Positions 1 to 13,373 of a DNA stretch of 64,000 nt are shown in pieces (the first letter of the stretch is position 1; each line of letters opens with the position of its first letter). Under the pieces are notes generated by a model. The model ran no database searches, was not told where the DNA came from, and saw only the letters and a program-made list of their open reading frames with translations. Source of the stretch: Gordius albopunctatus. Taxonomy: Eukaryota. The translations under genes and the position numbers were made by a program. The stretch spans positions 8,246,001 to 8,310,000 of the forward strand of contig OZ193909.1 of the NCBI GenBank assembly GCA_964276515.1. The letters are read 5' to 3'.

Positions 1-442
1 GATGTAAAGATCCTTTTAATATCTTAACAAAAGAAGTTAATCCATGCGTTTCCAGTAGAGATCCTCAAGGACCTGTTAAATATTGCTTGAAAATGATTCA
101 GGAAAGTAATATCAGTATTTTTATTAATTTACGAATCGTTTGATATTAGTTTTTTACATTATAATTGGATATAATATATTGATTTAAATTGAAGTTGAAA
201 ATAGCAAAAGAATTATAAGAGAATGTGCTTGGTCTGGTCCTGAAAACGATACAAACAAAGAAGGGACTGATATTAGTGATTTGATAAACAATAAATGTTA
301 CAAAGCTCAGGGCAGATATAAATCATCAACTACTTATTGTTATTGTAATGACAAAGATGGGTGCAACAACTCATATTTAATCATTTTTAACAAACACATT
401 TTATTATTAAGCTTTATCATTGCATTTTTGTTATTTTTTTAA
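1..442 (+). CDS. Ly6/three-finger protein, Quiver/Sleepless-like, GPI-anchor type (3' part; exons <1-105 and 195-442)
   Basis: Manual translation gives CKDPFNILTKEVNPC...YCLKMIQE, an 89-nt GT-AG intron (106-194, phase 1), then IENSKRIIRECAW...KCYKAQGRYKSSTTYCYCNDKDGCNNS followed by a hydrophobic tail (HILLLSFIIAFLLFF*). The CxDPF, CxKxxQ, RxC and CxCxxxxGCN motifs plus the hydrophobic C-terminus are typical of Quiver-family Ly6 proteins. Confidence 0.85.
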
Positions 443-1413
443 AAATGTTTTTATATAGATTAAATATATTTGGTATACTTGAAAAATTTTATATCTTTTA
501 ATTTCGAAATTTTTGTAAACTATTGCATACTTTTGGCATTAATCATAGACATCTCTCGATGCTAAAACTTTACTACGTTTTTTGATACTTGTTGATAAAA
601 TATAATAAATGGATCAATTTTCATTAATAGATCTTTTTTAGTCAATTAAGGTAGACATATCTTATTTGCCAAGATAGTTGGTCCATATATTTATTTAATA
701 AAGGATGTTAGATGGCTCATTTTGTGCTAATACAAAAAGCAATATCATTATAACATAATTATTAATTTAGAAAGTGAATCTAAAATTTTGGCATAAATCT
801 TAAGAAATTTTTATGTCCCCTCTATCAATCTTTTTTAATGAGTCAATATGCATAATTCAAATTTTTACAAAAAGAAAGTAATTTGTTGTAGAGATCCTAA
901 TATTTAAATAGTTTAACAAACAGAATATTTTAAAATTTTATGCATTTTGAATGTGTGTGGTTTATATTTGATATAAAACATTTTTGGAGCTTTGTATTTT
1001 GTTGACCAATGAAACAATCATAATTTTGTTTTGTATTTTACGGAATAATGTCCTGTTTTAAATGTCAAAGTTGACTATTTTAATATAATTTGTAAAGAAA
1101 TTATTTATAACAGTTACATCCGAATTGTAATACTTTCTATTGCAATTTACGCTTTTTTAACACTTCATGCCGTAATTCAGAGGTCAGATTTGTTTAGAAT
1201 TTTCTGCCCAAATCTAGCCTAGTTCAATTTTTAATAGATTATCACTAAGCTAATAATTTCAAACTAAATATCTAATTTTATCTAATATATTTTATTCGAC
1301 AGTTTCAAATAAAAAAGCTTTTTAAAATAATTACCTGTTTTATTTCTAAAGTTCTAACGTTGTGGCGTAGCTAGCCTTTTTGCCTTTGGGGGGGGGGCTG
1401 AGCGGGGTCAAAC

Positions 1414-1557
1414 CATGGGCATAGGTAGGGGGGACAAAATGTTAAATACAAAAACCCTTAAAAATGAAAAAAAATATATATTTTATTTACCCCCCCCCCA
1501 GTTGAACTTAAAACATTTTTGCCTCCTCCCCTTATCCAAAACCTGGATATGCCCATG
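1414..1557. mobile_element. hAT-type MITE (CATGGGCRTA terminal family)
   Basis: Ends CATGGGCATA...TATGCCCATG; 8-bp TSD GGTCAAAC at 1406-1413 and 1558-1565. Confidence 0.8.
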
Positions 1558-4500
1558 GGTCAAACTCAATTCAAAATTTTTTCCCTTATGAACGTTGGAC
1601 AAATTTTTAATTCTGCTACTACTTTGTGTATTTTTTCTATAACATCCCACTGGTATGTCTCCGACCCTCATGTTTATAAGGCATAAAAAAATTATTCATA
1701 AATAAAACAAAATAATGTAGTAAAGAATATAGAAAATTTCACATGGTATAATAAGTTTTTGTATAAATGAATTGTAAGGGCACAAAGTGGAACAGGGATA
1801 TTGACAAAAATCTTTGACATTTCTAAAAATGATACAAATAGTAAAAAAACTATACAACAAAGTTTTTATACAAATCTTTTATTGCCACAGCCCCAAAAAA
1901 TCTTGCCATATATAACAAATTTTAATTTTACGTATGCAATATGGGCAACATTTTCAGGCAGCCTTTATATCGGGAAAACAATGACAACATTTAAAAGCCT
2001 TTTTAAGGTTAGATCCTCAAAAGGCGAAATTATAACATAAAATATAAAAAAATATTATAAAACGTTTTAAAAATATCGGACGTTTCCCGGCCAGTTTAAT
2101 TTATAGCATCATATACAATAATGACGTCATACATACAGGGCTGAAGTTTTCTCGAATTAGATATTTAAAAGTATAATAAAAAAGTTACAGTCTACGGTCA
2201 AAATTATTGGGGTTTAACAAACTATTTAAATTAAATAAATAATATTTAAATTATTATCACGTGGTCGATCATCTTCAATTAATTATTTTATTATATTAAA
2301 GAAAATTTATTTCAAATAAATCAGCTAACTAGAAAAATAAAATAATGGTTTATTGTATAATAAGTAACAGCATTAATCAGCAATTTTTTCAAAAACATTT
2401 AATTTTTAATTTTATACGTTTAGATGGTAAATGGAATATCAAAATTTGAAGTTAAATCTTTTGCCTTATTATAAATAATGGAATTATGTCGACTCAATAA
2501 TTTTATAAAATTGCATCCTTTATAGTCTTATACAGCATCTTTATTTGTAATAATATATGCGAAGATAATTTTTTAATACCGAGAAGTATATCTATCATAT
2601 TTTATAATTAAATAAACCAAAAATTATTAAATAGAATAGAATTAAAATATGATAGATAAACCGATGGTAATTTATTTATTAAGCGAGCAAATATAAAGTG
2701 CGAATTAGACGTTAGCGAAGCGAACGTATTTTATAACGAGAATTAAAGGTGTAGGGGTTTTTAAAAATGGGAAGTTAGAAATCAAGAGTCAAAACTCAAG
2801 TTGCCTGTAAATCTATTATTCTTTTCTTCAGGCGTTGTCTGCCCTCATGTACTTCTGGCTGGGTACAGGGAAGGGGGGGGTTGTATTGTATGAACTTAGT
2901 GTGTATTTAGAATTTTCCGCATCTGTTTTCGGAGTTGTAACTTGTTGGCGCCAATCATTATAATGTCCTAGAATAAGGGATGCCGGCGCCCATCATCCAG
3001 TCAAGTCATTAGGATGTCTTAGAGTAAGGGAACGTAATCGGCTTTCTTTGATAGTTAAGGGAAAGCATGGGCTGGGAAGGGAAGTAGTAATACAGTTGTT
3101 GACGTTAATCATTCAGATGTCTTAGAGTAAGGTATGGTTGTATAGTGGGAATCATGCCATCTGCTCGCCGGCAGACAAAGGGCATAACGTAATCGGCTTT
3201 CTTTAATAATTAAGGGAAGGCATGGCCTGGGAAAGGAATTAGTAGTATACTACATTTATAAATGATTATTTCGAAGGCTCGAGCCCTAGGTCTTATTATT
3301 TTATTCCATTCCGTCCAAGCCCGGTCCGAAACCCGATCGGGCCGGGTTGGGCTTCAAGCGACCCGTGCAGAGCTCTAGGGGGAAGGAGAGGAAAACCGCT
3401 ATTGAGGGGTAAACTGACGAAGACCACGCTGAATGGGAAAATCCGCACTATATGTACTAGCTCGAGGTGGGAGTGCTAATAATTGCATAGAAATTAATAA
3501 AACTCAAGTTGGTATGATGATTTACATCCACCGCATAGTTGTGTTAATTGCTGTATATTTGTTAGCATGTTTTCTTTACATATCGCTAAGTTAATGTTAA
3601 GGCGCAAAACTTAGTCCACAACTTTCCCTATAAATGCTAGAGAAATGCTCATAAATTTTTAAAAATTGTCATTTCTAAATCTTAAATGAAAGACATGATA
3701 AATGAAATGTAAAAAACATTAACAATTTCTTGTGTGTCTCCTCCCCCCATATTTTTAAAATTTGTATAGTCATGTTTTAATATTTTTGAAATTTTTGGGC
3801 TAATTAACCAAAACATTTATTTGTGTAAAGCTATAGAATATTTTTTTAAGATATTTTAGGAGGGATTTTAATATATTATCATAAATAAGTTTTAAAAAAG
3901 ATCAACCCTTTTTGTAAGACATTTTGGATTTAAATAATTTTTTTTACCAAACACAATACCAACTTAATTTTTTTGCTCTAATGTTTGAACGTTTTTACCC
4001 ACCATAACATTCAAATGGTAAATAATATATGCCGTTTTTTATTTAAGGCCTTTAAATGATGTTTAGTTTTATTTGTATCCTCTTTTTATAATTTTAGTAG
4101 GAAACGAAAAGGACACTAGTTAAAGTATTTAAACCCCGGGGAAAATTTATTTAAAGAAAGGTATCACCAATATTTTTAAACTGTTTTCTCCATGGCCATG
4201 TTATACTATTATACAAAAGTTTTGCACTTGTTAACTCTCCTAAATTTAATTTTAACCTTTTACATTAAATATAAATGAAAAAATGATTTTTAGACTACCC
4301 ATTTGTTAAAGCTAAATTATTTAAACTGATACCACTCGAAACTTGTGCCAATATACACCTAAACAATAAGGGTACCCGATTTCAAATTAATAAAAGAAAT
4401 TTTAGACTAAAAAGGCACGCCGATAAAATAATGAGGATGGTAAAAGATTAGTACAAGAGATTTCAAATATTTATGCAGGCTACATTCCCACAAGGATTTT

Positions 4501-5040
4501 TTTATCACCAAGTTCGCATATAAAACCTTAAAATTGTGCCGCGCCTGGCCCGCTTCAGATAATCAAGCCCATAAAAAGCCGACATCGTTATAAGTAATCG
4601 TATTATCAGGCATGCAAGAGAACATAACATGATTTTTAAAGGTTAATTCGTACGAAGGGATTATTCCAATTCTGAGCGGTAAATATTTATAACAATATAT
4701 TCAATAATGACATTGCCTATGACAGAAGTATTAGACCGCGAGTTTGGTTTCGCCTTTTATCGCCTGCTTGGTTTTCGTTAAAGTTTTTATGGGCATTAAT
4801 TTTTGCAAATGATCTTGGTTTTTTAGTTAGCACCATGGCTTATTCATAGTAGTGACAAACGTGATAAACTAATTAAAATTGTCTTAAATACTATCAACTT
4901 ATCCACTATAAAAGTTTATTCGAATTAATTTTGGGTGTATTTTTATTGAATTCAAAAAATTTAGTTTATGTTGAAATTCCTAAAAGCAAGACTCTTAAAG
5001 TAGCGCCCTACTTACATGTCTACTTAATTGAGAATACGAG

Positions 5041-5168
5041 CATAGGCGTAGCCAGGTTTTGGATTAGGGGAGGGAAACCTAATTTTTATTTTTAAGAGTT
5101 TTTGCATTGAAATTTTTTTTACCCGTTATTTAGGGGGGGGGGCACCCCCCCCCACGGCTACGCCCATG
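5041..5168. mobile_element. hAT-type MITE (same terminal family; further decayed copies near 19705, 21559, 31076, 45970)
   Basis: Ends CATAGGCGTAGCC...GGCTACGCCCATG; 8-bp TSD AATACGAG on both sides. Confidence 0.85.
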
Positions 5169-5464
5169 AATACGAGCTAAATTTAACCGCTAAAATTTTG
5201 TAACATAATAGTTAATTTTAAAAATTTGTGTATTTGATTAATCTTTAAAAAAACTTTAGAGGTTGCAAAAATTCGTTTACCTGTGAAATGTCAAAAAATA
5301 CAATTTAAATTATTTTGGATCTCGTATCTTATAAAAATGAAACTAATTTGTCGACGGGCATCGAGAGCGAGGCATTGATTACTTTCGTATTCACGGCACT
5401 GTTATTAAATTATTATATCTAAAAAATGAGCATATTTTAACTTTTAATGAATTTTTGGTTATAA

Positions 5465-5900
5465 CCATAGACTAGATAAGATAGACTGCTCATCAACGCA
5501 CAAAATGTGTATCCCTTTCCTACCATTTTAATGATAACATGGTAAAGTAGTGATTATATAGATATTAGTAATTTTTGTAAATTAAATAATCTTAGAAAGG
5601 TAAATAAAAATTATTGAATTGGGCAGATATCAAGAACAACATTGTAAAATAAATATTATTTAAAAATACATAAAAATTAAAAATGTAAAAACTATGATGA
5701 AAGTTTGTTTTATAATATAGCGTCATCTATATTTTGTATAATATTAATTTATTGACGTTCGTTCAAATTTATAAACTAGTGAGGAAGGTAAATTGAATGT
5801 TATAGCCATGGTTGAAGTACACCAGTTGTTGTCTTCAAAATGGAGGAAAACTTGACACACAATTTACCATATGGTATGAGCAGTCTAACTAGTCTATGGT
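5465..5900. mobile_element. MITE with CCATAGACTAG terminal inverted repeats
   Basis: CCATAGACTAG..TAGACTGCTCA at the left end and TGAGCAGTCTAACTAGTCTATGG at the right end, both flanked by TTATAA. Superfamily unassigned. Confidence 0.65.
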
Positions 5901-6612
5901 TATAACATGAACTTTATGCACATCTTTAAAATTTACTCAGGGAACAGATATGGGCGTAGTGGGTTTAGACTTTGTCTTTGAAGCGAGAGCATGCAGTTTA
6001 AATTTCACTTTTGGCAATTTTTTAAAAGATTAAAAGTATCTCACATCGTCAACATGGCTGACAGACTCAAGTCAGTATAAGCGGTCACCCCTTATTCAAA
6101 TCATCCACATAAAAAAAAGCAATTAAAGAGCTGGGCCGTCCTCCTGTCATAGCTCTTATCATTCGAAAAGTCAACAAGGGTTCCTTCATGTTCCACTAAC
6201 GAATGTATAAAGAAATTAGTTTGTTAAAGACTAGATTAATATTGTGCTCGCTTAATGTTGGAACAATGACAGAAAATTTCAAGAAGTTGTTAACGCTTTT
6301 ACCAAACGACAAGTTAATATAGCTCTTTATAAAAGAAAAAAGACGGACGGAAGCAAAAGCAAGGAGATAGGGGAAGGCTACAAATTTTATTTTAATGACT
6401 TAGAAACGAAAAATGGAGTGGTATTAAAATTAGCTTCGCACTTTAATGTAAAGTCATTGGGGTTAAATAAGATACGGCCGACTTGTGAAGATGAAACTAT
6501 ACATAGATTGTTAAAGCATTAATGTAATGTCCGGTTGTGCTCCTCAGACAGGAAGCGCAGATGAATGAAAGGATAATTTTTGGAAAAAATTATGAAATGC
6601 TTTGCATTATAC

Positions 6613-7046
6613 TAGAGATGCACCGAAACCACTATTTTATGCCGATACCGATACCAGCCGATACTTAAGATTTTTTTGCCGATACCGATACCATGCCGAT
6701 ACTTATAATAAAAAAAATTTTTATACTAAAAAATATATGCAAATTAAATATTATAAATTAAGTCACATCCAAATTTTGGTAGATCAGAATTTTGACGATA
6801 AAACAATTGTAATTATAATTTCAGATGGTCAATGAGTTTATTATACTCCACATAGAAATATTTATAGCCAATCAAATGAAACAATTTTCAAAAAATTTAA
6901 AAAGTCCTCTATTTTTTAATGGTAGGAGATACTATAAATATTATTTTTTGAGTTTCATATTGAAAAAGGTATCGGCTTGGTAATTGCCGATACTAGCAAA
7001 GTATCGGGCCGATTCTTTGCCGATACTTGGTATCGGTGCATCTCTA
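6613..7046. mobile_element. hAT MITE with GCCGATAC subterminal repeats
   Basis: TIR TAGAGATGCACCGA/TCGGTGCATCTCTA; 8-bp TSD CATTATAC; near-identical copy starts at 63787. Confidence 0.9.
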
Positions 7047-7231
7047 CATTATACCTAGAACTGAGATAATTATATTAGGAGCCGATATGAAGGGTTACAT
7101 TGGCAAAACAAGAGAAGGATTCGAACGGTACAAGATAGAAATAGATATGGGTCTGTCAAGAAACGATGAGGCGAAGAAATATTAAAAATAACAATGGCTT
7201 TTGATTTAACCATTGAAAATAGTTTCTTTAA

Positions 7232-7450
7232 CCCTCGAGAGCATTCGTGGGGTACCACGGACCCCACGATAGTTATAAACTTAAATATAAAACGCATTTA
7301 AAAGCGAATTGATCTGGCCTTTTCAGTAGCCTAATATTTTACAAAGAACTAAGTTTGAGAAAATTTTTATAACTTTTGGCCCACTACTTTTTAAAATATA
7401 GCATCTTTTTGGCCACAGGGGTCCTGTGTACCCCACGAATGCTCTCACGT
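7232..7450. mobile_element. piggyBac-like MITE (right end eroded)
   Basis: TTAA followed by CCC at the left end; perfect 19-bp inverted repeat GAGAGCATTCGTGGGGTAC (7237-7255 / 7428-7446). Confidence 0.55.
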
Positions 7451-7699
7451 AAGTTTTTTTCTGTTGGAAAAAATGTATCGATTTTTTTGTCGTTTGATGA
7501 TGTCCTTTACAATTTGTGTTTTTAATACATTTTGAACATTCTTTTAATAAAAAATCACGTTCATTTTGATTTATTTTAAGGTATATGATGTCAAGAGGTA
7601 AAATGAAGGGAAGCTCTAAAATAACCAAAATAAAAATGGGGGTCCAGAAAATCGTTAATAAGTTTTGTAATATTTAAGAAGATTTTTACCCTCATAATT

Positions 7700-8142
7700 A
7701 ATGTTCTTTATAGTTATATTTTCGGGGTCCTCATAGAGGACATCGTCAGATAAGTAAAATAGATTTAAATAAAATATAAACTAAATAGAATGTTCTTTTG
7801 TTAGTGATAAATTAGTGTGTATCCAAGGGTAGAGGGGGGTACCCTTCCCATATCTTCATTTAAAGTGGGGTTAAGTCTTCTAATAAAGAAGGACTCTAAC
7901 GTCTTCCTTTCAAAATATGATTTTGTAAAAAGTAGAATTGATTGTTTGAGTTTTGACGTATGATTTTCCTTTAAAATGTGGTTATATACTCCTGTAGGTA
8001 CCCCGTTGGGGCGAAATAAAGCTGCCAAGTGTTCTTTAAGCCTAACTCTTAAGTCTCTTTTTGTTTCCCCAATGTAAAACTGGTTGCAATCACTACAAGT
8101 AATTTTATAGATAACGTTATTAAGGGTATCGAAGTTAGACAT
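7700..8142 (-). mobile_element. Penelope-like element 3' fragment: GIY-YIG endonuclease
   Basis: ORF 7801-8142 contains NVIYKITCSDCNQFYIGETKRDLRVRLKEH...ERKTLESFFI...LNED, the PLE GIY-YIG pattern with CxxC. Confidence 0.85.
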
Positions 8143-11100
8143 AGTTTAGGAAATTTTAGATTCATGCATTAAAATTCAACTTATGCAATCCCTGGTCTCA
8201 TGCGACTTATGGAATTATATAAGGAAAAACAGAATTCATTGATGAAAAAGCTATCGATAAAGTTCTAAGGCATTTGGTATGGGATAGCCTGAGTTATAAT
8301 GGTAAACTCGGAGTTTATATAATGTTAATAAAGGATATGAATAATTACCAAAATTAAAGTTCGGACATCCAGCGTTACATCAAAAGTATTCACTATATAT
8401 GATGATGTGCATCAAAGTTCGGCACTATGTTCACTGCTCTTCATAAAAATAAAATAGGATAACCGAAGACGTGATACGGGAATCATCTGGGGCAATGTTT
8501 TTGGCCGATGATATAGTGCAGGTTCAAAGGTTGAAACGCAGGTCGCCTGGATGGATCGCAAAGCAATAACCTTAGGGTCAACTGAGCTGAAAAATAATAC
8601 AAAGAATCATCTGCAAGTCAATGACTGACGTTTAAGCAGTAAAAAGGAATTAAAATATCTTGGTTCTAGGGTACAATGTGATGGTAAAAGTTAAATTAAG
8701 GTAAGAATAAACGCTATAGGGTGTTAAGTGGTGTATTATATGACAAACACACACTAAAATTGAAAGGATCATTATATAACAGCGTTATTGCGGCCACAAT
8801 GATGTAAGGAACAGAGACATGGGCAACTAAAGCGATAGAAAAGCAAAGCTTGGTACAATAGAAGCAACTATTATGATAATAATAAAGAAAGACCTTATAA
8901 GAAATCAAGAAATAGGAATAAATTAGATGTAGTTCCGATTCAGAGAAATTGGTTGTAAGAAGATTGAGTTATTATGGACATTTGAAGAGACGGGAGAAAA
9001 GACACCTGACAAATTGTGTCAAGCAAATCGAAGGTAAGCGAAAAAGAGGGAGGCCTACGCTGACAGGAAACGATATAGACTTGAAAAGGTATGAGTAAGG
9101 CAAAGCTGATTTAAGTGCAGGTAAACGCGGAAATTACTTGAAGGAATTGACTACCATGTGTTAGTAGCAGCTAAAAATAAATTAAGGCAAGAAAATTTTG
9201 TTTTTATCTTCCTTGTGAACATTTTGTGCATGGCCTAATATCAACAGCTTGAGTGAAAGCAAAACACAAAAATAAGGGAATTTGTAGACAGTTTAGGACA
9301 ATTGCTAAATCGAATGATTTTCTCAGCCTTAAATGCCGTAAACAATCTACAATCCATATTAAAATTGTATTTAAATGATAACGGCGTGTTCTATCACCAT
9401 TATATACTGTATAACTTATATTTCGAATCCTTTATCTGTTTTTAGGTAAATAGCAAATATTTCATTATTGCATTTAATATTTTGTTCTTAAAAACACGCT
9501 GTCGCCTTTAAGTAGGATATGAGATGAGATCCCCCTTTCGACAAGATTTTTATCAAACGAAAATCTAAGAAATTATAGTGTTTTTAATCGCTAAATTCTG
9601 TTTTAAAGTCTCAAAAGAATTTTGGTTCAGCTATTTTTGTATGTAATTTTCTTGTTTCTTAATGAACAATTTCAAAACCCGCTCGACCTAAATAACGATT
9701 ATTTTGCGGACAAGAACGTGAAATTAATATATTTATTTAGAGGAGACCGCGGCTAGAATAGTTATAAAAATTAAAATCGCATGAAAATATAGAAAAAAGT
9801 ATAAAAATTTTACATTTGCTCGAGACTTCACGTTATACAATAGCCGTATATTTTTCCACCCCTTTAATGTGCAACATATTTTGGCAACTCAAATAAATTA
9901 AATTTTAGGATACAGATATATTTAAACCAAAAATTTATCACATAATTAAAAATTCTGTAAAGGATATCACTAGCCCCTAAAAACAGTTACCCTTTGTAAA
10001 AAATTTTATTTTCAAACATTTTTTTTATTTATGCTATAACAAAATACATTTCAAATTTTATAATAGTTAATATTAAAAATAATTACAAAGATATAAGTGA
10101 CCCCGGTCTATAACTAGCCCCGGGTACACTGAATATTTATTCTAATAAATAAATACCTAGAGTCAGCATAAACAACACTTGTAAATACCTTAAGATTCTA
10201 TAAATTCTGTTTAAACTTATTAAAAAATTGCAGCAAGAAACTTTGAGCCAAGTATTTTCAATTTCAAAATTCGCTTGGCCTTATTATTGTATCATGAATA
10301 TTATTTAAATAGTGTAGAATATGTTAAATACATGGGCTATTATATTAAGTTGCTAATGTTTCTACCCCCCTAGAAGCACATCTGACGTCCTCAATTTTTA
10401 ATAAGTTGAATTCAAGATAAAAATATAATAATAATTCTCTATAAATTTTTCTTTGCCATATGTCAAATCATGGACATTTATCCCAATAAATATAATTTTA
10501 ATAACCTTTAAACTATTAGACATTTTTCCGTTCTTATAATTAAACTTTGAAATACATATAAACCCTAAAATATTTTAACTACCAAGGCCTAAGCCCGGTT
10601 AGCACTTATTATTCGGCTCATTTTTAAACAGGGTAACGAACTTTTGAGTTAAATAACTAACTAAGCAAATACTGTAGCATAAAATAATCTTGACAATCAA
10701 CAAGTTTTTTGGTAAGCCGATTACATTCCCGATCGGATTTATTCCATTAAAAATTTTAGTTAAATTTTCTTATACGAAGGTAAAAGCCAAAATGTTTATT
10801 TCAAAAACTATGATTTGCTAAGATCTATAGATTTCGTAAACTTGTCCATTATTTTATTTTTGATAATAAGCTTTTCATTATGCTACTTAATGTTGTTAAT
10901 TTGGGGAGAAATTGTCAATGAGATCTGGTAGACTTTATTAAATTAATTTTTTTAATAACATAAAATAAAAATGTAAAACATACACAATTTTAACATTATT
11001 TAAAACCTAGGACCTAATAACATCAAGATTAGTTTTGAGGTTTGATTCCGTTTTTAGAGTATTTAAGGCTGAGCAAGCGAATTTATAATTAAAAAAATAG

Positions 11101-11440
11101 AATTTTAAGCGGGTTGCTATGACCTATGACCAGAGTTGTTAAGGTGCGCGCACGTCAAGAGCGCGCACCGGATTTGCGGTGCGACGTGCTAGTGCGTGCA
11201 CTTTGTTATAATGAAGAGCGAGTGCGGGTGCGCGCACCTGATTAAGTCAGTGCGGGTGCGCAATTGCGCTCCTGTTTTGCGCACATTAAGAGTTTTACAA
11301 TTTATTTATTTATTCGAAATTGTATTATATCGCATATTTCACAAATTAAATTTCTACTGATTTACTATATATAACACACATCTATGTTCCTGGTGGAGAA
11401 GATAACAAGGAGGGAAATTGGTTACTATCGATCGACAATA

Positions 11441-12680
11441 AAAAACTCGGGCCTTCAGCCCTCGTGGGAAGGGGAGGAGGGGAGGGAAGGGGGAACTCAT
11501 CTACACTCCGTATAAATGTATCATATTTGCTATGCAATTTATGGAAATACTTACGTAAATATTGCAAAACGAAGGTTGGAAGCACTAAATAAGTGTATAT
11601 GCCAAATATCATAAAGGGGGAGAGAGGGAGCGAAGGGGAAGCTTTATGGTTAGTTAAATTCTACGGGAAACAGTTGTATTACCAAAAAGTCATAATAGCA
11701 ATGGTAGGAACAGGAACAATCATAATAGTCAAAAAAAACGAAAAAAAATTTTCGAATCACATTTTGGCCAAAGGTCATTTTTTTCCATTGGTCAGCTGCC
11801 AGGACACGGTAAAAGTGGATATAAATTCATAATAGTCAAAAAAAACGAAAAAAAAGTTTTAGAATCACATTTTGGCCAATGGTTATTTTATTCCATTGGT
11901 CAGCAGCCAGCGGACGGCCAAAAAGTCATAATAGCAATGGTAGGAACAGGAACAATCATAATAGTCAAAAAAACGGAAAAAATAATTTCGATTCACATTT
12001 TGGCCAATGGTCATTTTTTTCCATTGGTCAGCAGCCAGGACACGGTAAAAGTGGATATAAATTCATAACAGTCAAAAAAAAACGAAAAAAAAATTTTCGA
12101 ATCACATTTTGGCCAATGGTCATTTTATTTCATTGGTCAGCAGCCAGCGGACGGCCAAAAAGTCATAATAGCAATGGTAGGAACAGGAACAATCATAATA
12201 TTTAAAAAAAAACGAAAAAATAAACTCGGATACACATTTTGGCCAATGGTCATTTTTTTCATTGGTCAGCAGCCAGCGGACGGCCAAAAAGTCTTATTAT
12301 CATTGATAGTAACAAGAACAATCATAAGAGTCAAAAAAAACTCAGGGATTCTAACCCAAAAACTAGATAAATTGCATAGCAATTATTAAAAAGTATAGGG
12401 TAATTATCAATGTTAAACTATTCAAAAACGAAAAATTAAAAATTTCGATTTATCTGGCCAGTGGTCATTTTTTCATTGGCCAGTAGCCTGCGGACGGTCA
12501 AAAAGTCATATTATCAATGGTATTAAAAAGAACAAAATATTAATTTAAAAAAAAAAATTTTTGTCCTTTCCGGGTCTCGAACCCGCAACCTCCAGGTCGG
12601 GAAGCTGGTGTAAATAACTTGGTGGACGACGGACGGACGACGGACAACCAAAAACGAGCCCATAAATTGCATAGCAATTA
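11441..12680 (-). mobile_element. DINE-1/Helentron-associated (HINE)-like element with internal tandem array
   Basis: Perfect 16-bp subterminal inverted repeat TTGCTATGCAATTTAT (11527-11542 / 12662-12677), GGAC microsatellite near one end, GC hairpin (11446-11464) at the other, central ~115-120-bp repeats. Related copies at 59336-59835, 62520-62645 and 63370-63786. Confidence 0.7.
11682..12540. repeat. Tandem array of ~115-120-bp monomers with A/B alternation (about 236-bp higher-order unit)
   Basis: CCAAAAAGTCATAATAGCAATGG recurs at about 11682, 11918 and 12155; each monomer contains TTGGCCAATGG...CCATTGGTCAG. Confidence 0.9.
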
Positions 12681-13268
12681 ATAATCTAACCGCGATATTT
12701 CACATTATTCACGTATTTACTTTATCAATCAACGATTAATCTTTACACTTTTGAACTTGTCGCTTAATAAATAAACTATAGAAAAACACTAAAACGATTG
12801 AAGTTGAAGTTTAATAAGATTAGAAGTTTAAAAACACAGACAGATGATTTGATTAAAGAATTACAATAGAATATTCAAATAATGATAATATATTTAATTC
12901 AACGTTTTTTGGAATATTGTCATCTCTCGTTACTATCTTAATATTTCAAACACTTTTAAACCTATCTTTGCTATCGTAAGCTTAATCACATATAATGATC
13001 AAATTACAATTAATTTTCATTAAAATATATTAAATTAGTTAATTAATTTTAATTTGTATTATTGTATTGGTTGTCATAGTACTCCTTATCCAATTTTTTT
13101 ACTCTTTTCTTTTCTCACTGCTTATATATAACACTTTAATATGATAGTGAGTTATGGAAATAGAAGAATCAAGCATAAATGTAGCAAGCACATCATGCAT
13201 GAAAATTTTTCAATTTCAAAAATATGCTAATATGTTTAAACTTAAAGATAATCAGCATAATACACTTA

Positions 13269-13373
13269 CTTTTAAGAGATTTATTGTCAACAGGAATATT
13301 AGAGGGACTTATAAAATAAGACTTATTTTTTAAGTCCCTCTAATATTCACGTTGACAATAAATCTCTTAAAAG
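13269..13373. mobile_element. 105-bp near-perfect palindromic MITE, TA-flanked (Tc1/mariner-like target)
   Basis: 52-bp arms with about 3 mismatches and a 1-nt loop; TA on both sides. Confidence 0.75.

Larger units (their letters stand above)
5951..9160 (+). mobile_element. Decayed RTE-clade LINE with a tRNA-like 5' head, interrupted by later insertions
   Basis: tRNA-like head at 5951-6020, then AP-endonuclease N-terminal remnants (LCSLNVGTM, AREIGEGYKFYF..KNGV). RT and 3' remnants lie at 8150-9160 and resemble the 37450-39815 copy. Confidence 0.7.

Noticed and set aside
3413..3440. CTGACGA...GAAA hammerhead-like core
   Set aside because: Stem II is weak, stems I and III are not evident, and there is no adjacent Penelope ORF.
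11682..12540. Regular repeat array as a CRISPR or as coding ORFs (11593-12389)
   Set aside because: Eukaryotic context, no unique spacers and no cas genes; the ORFs are translations of the tandem repeat.
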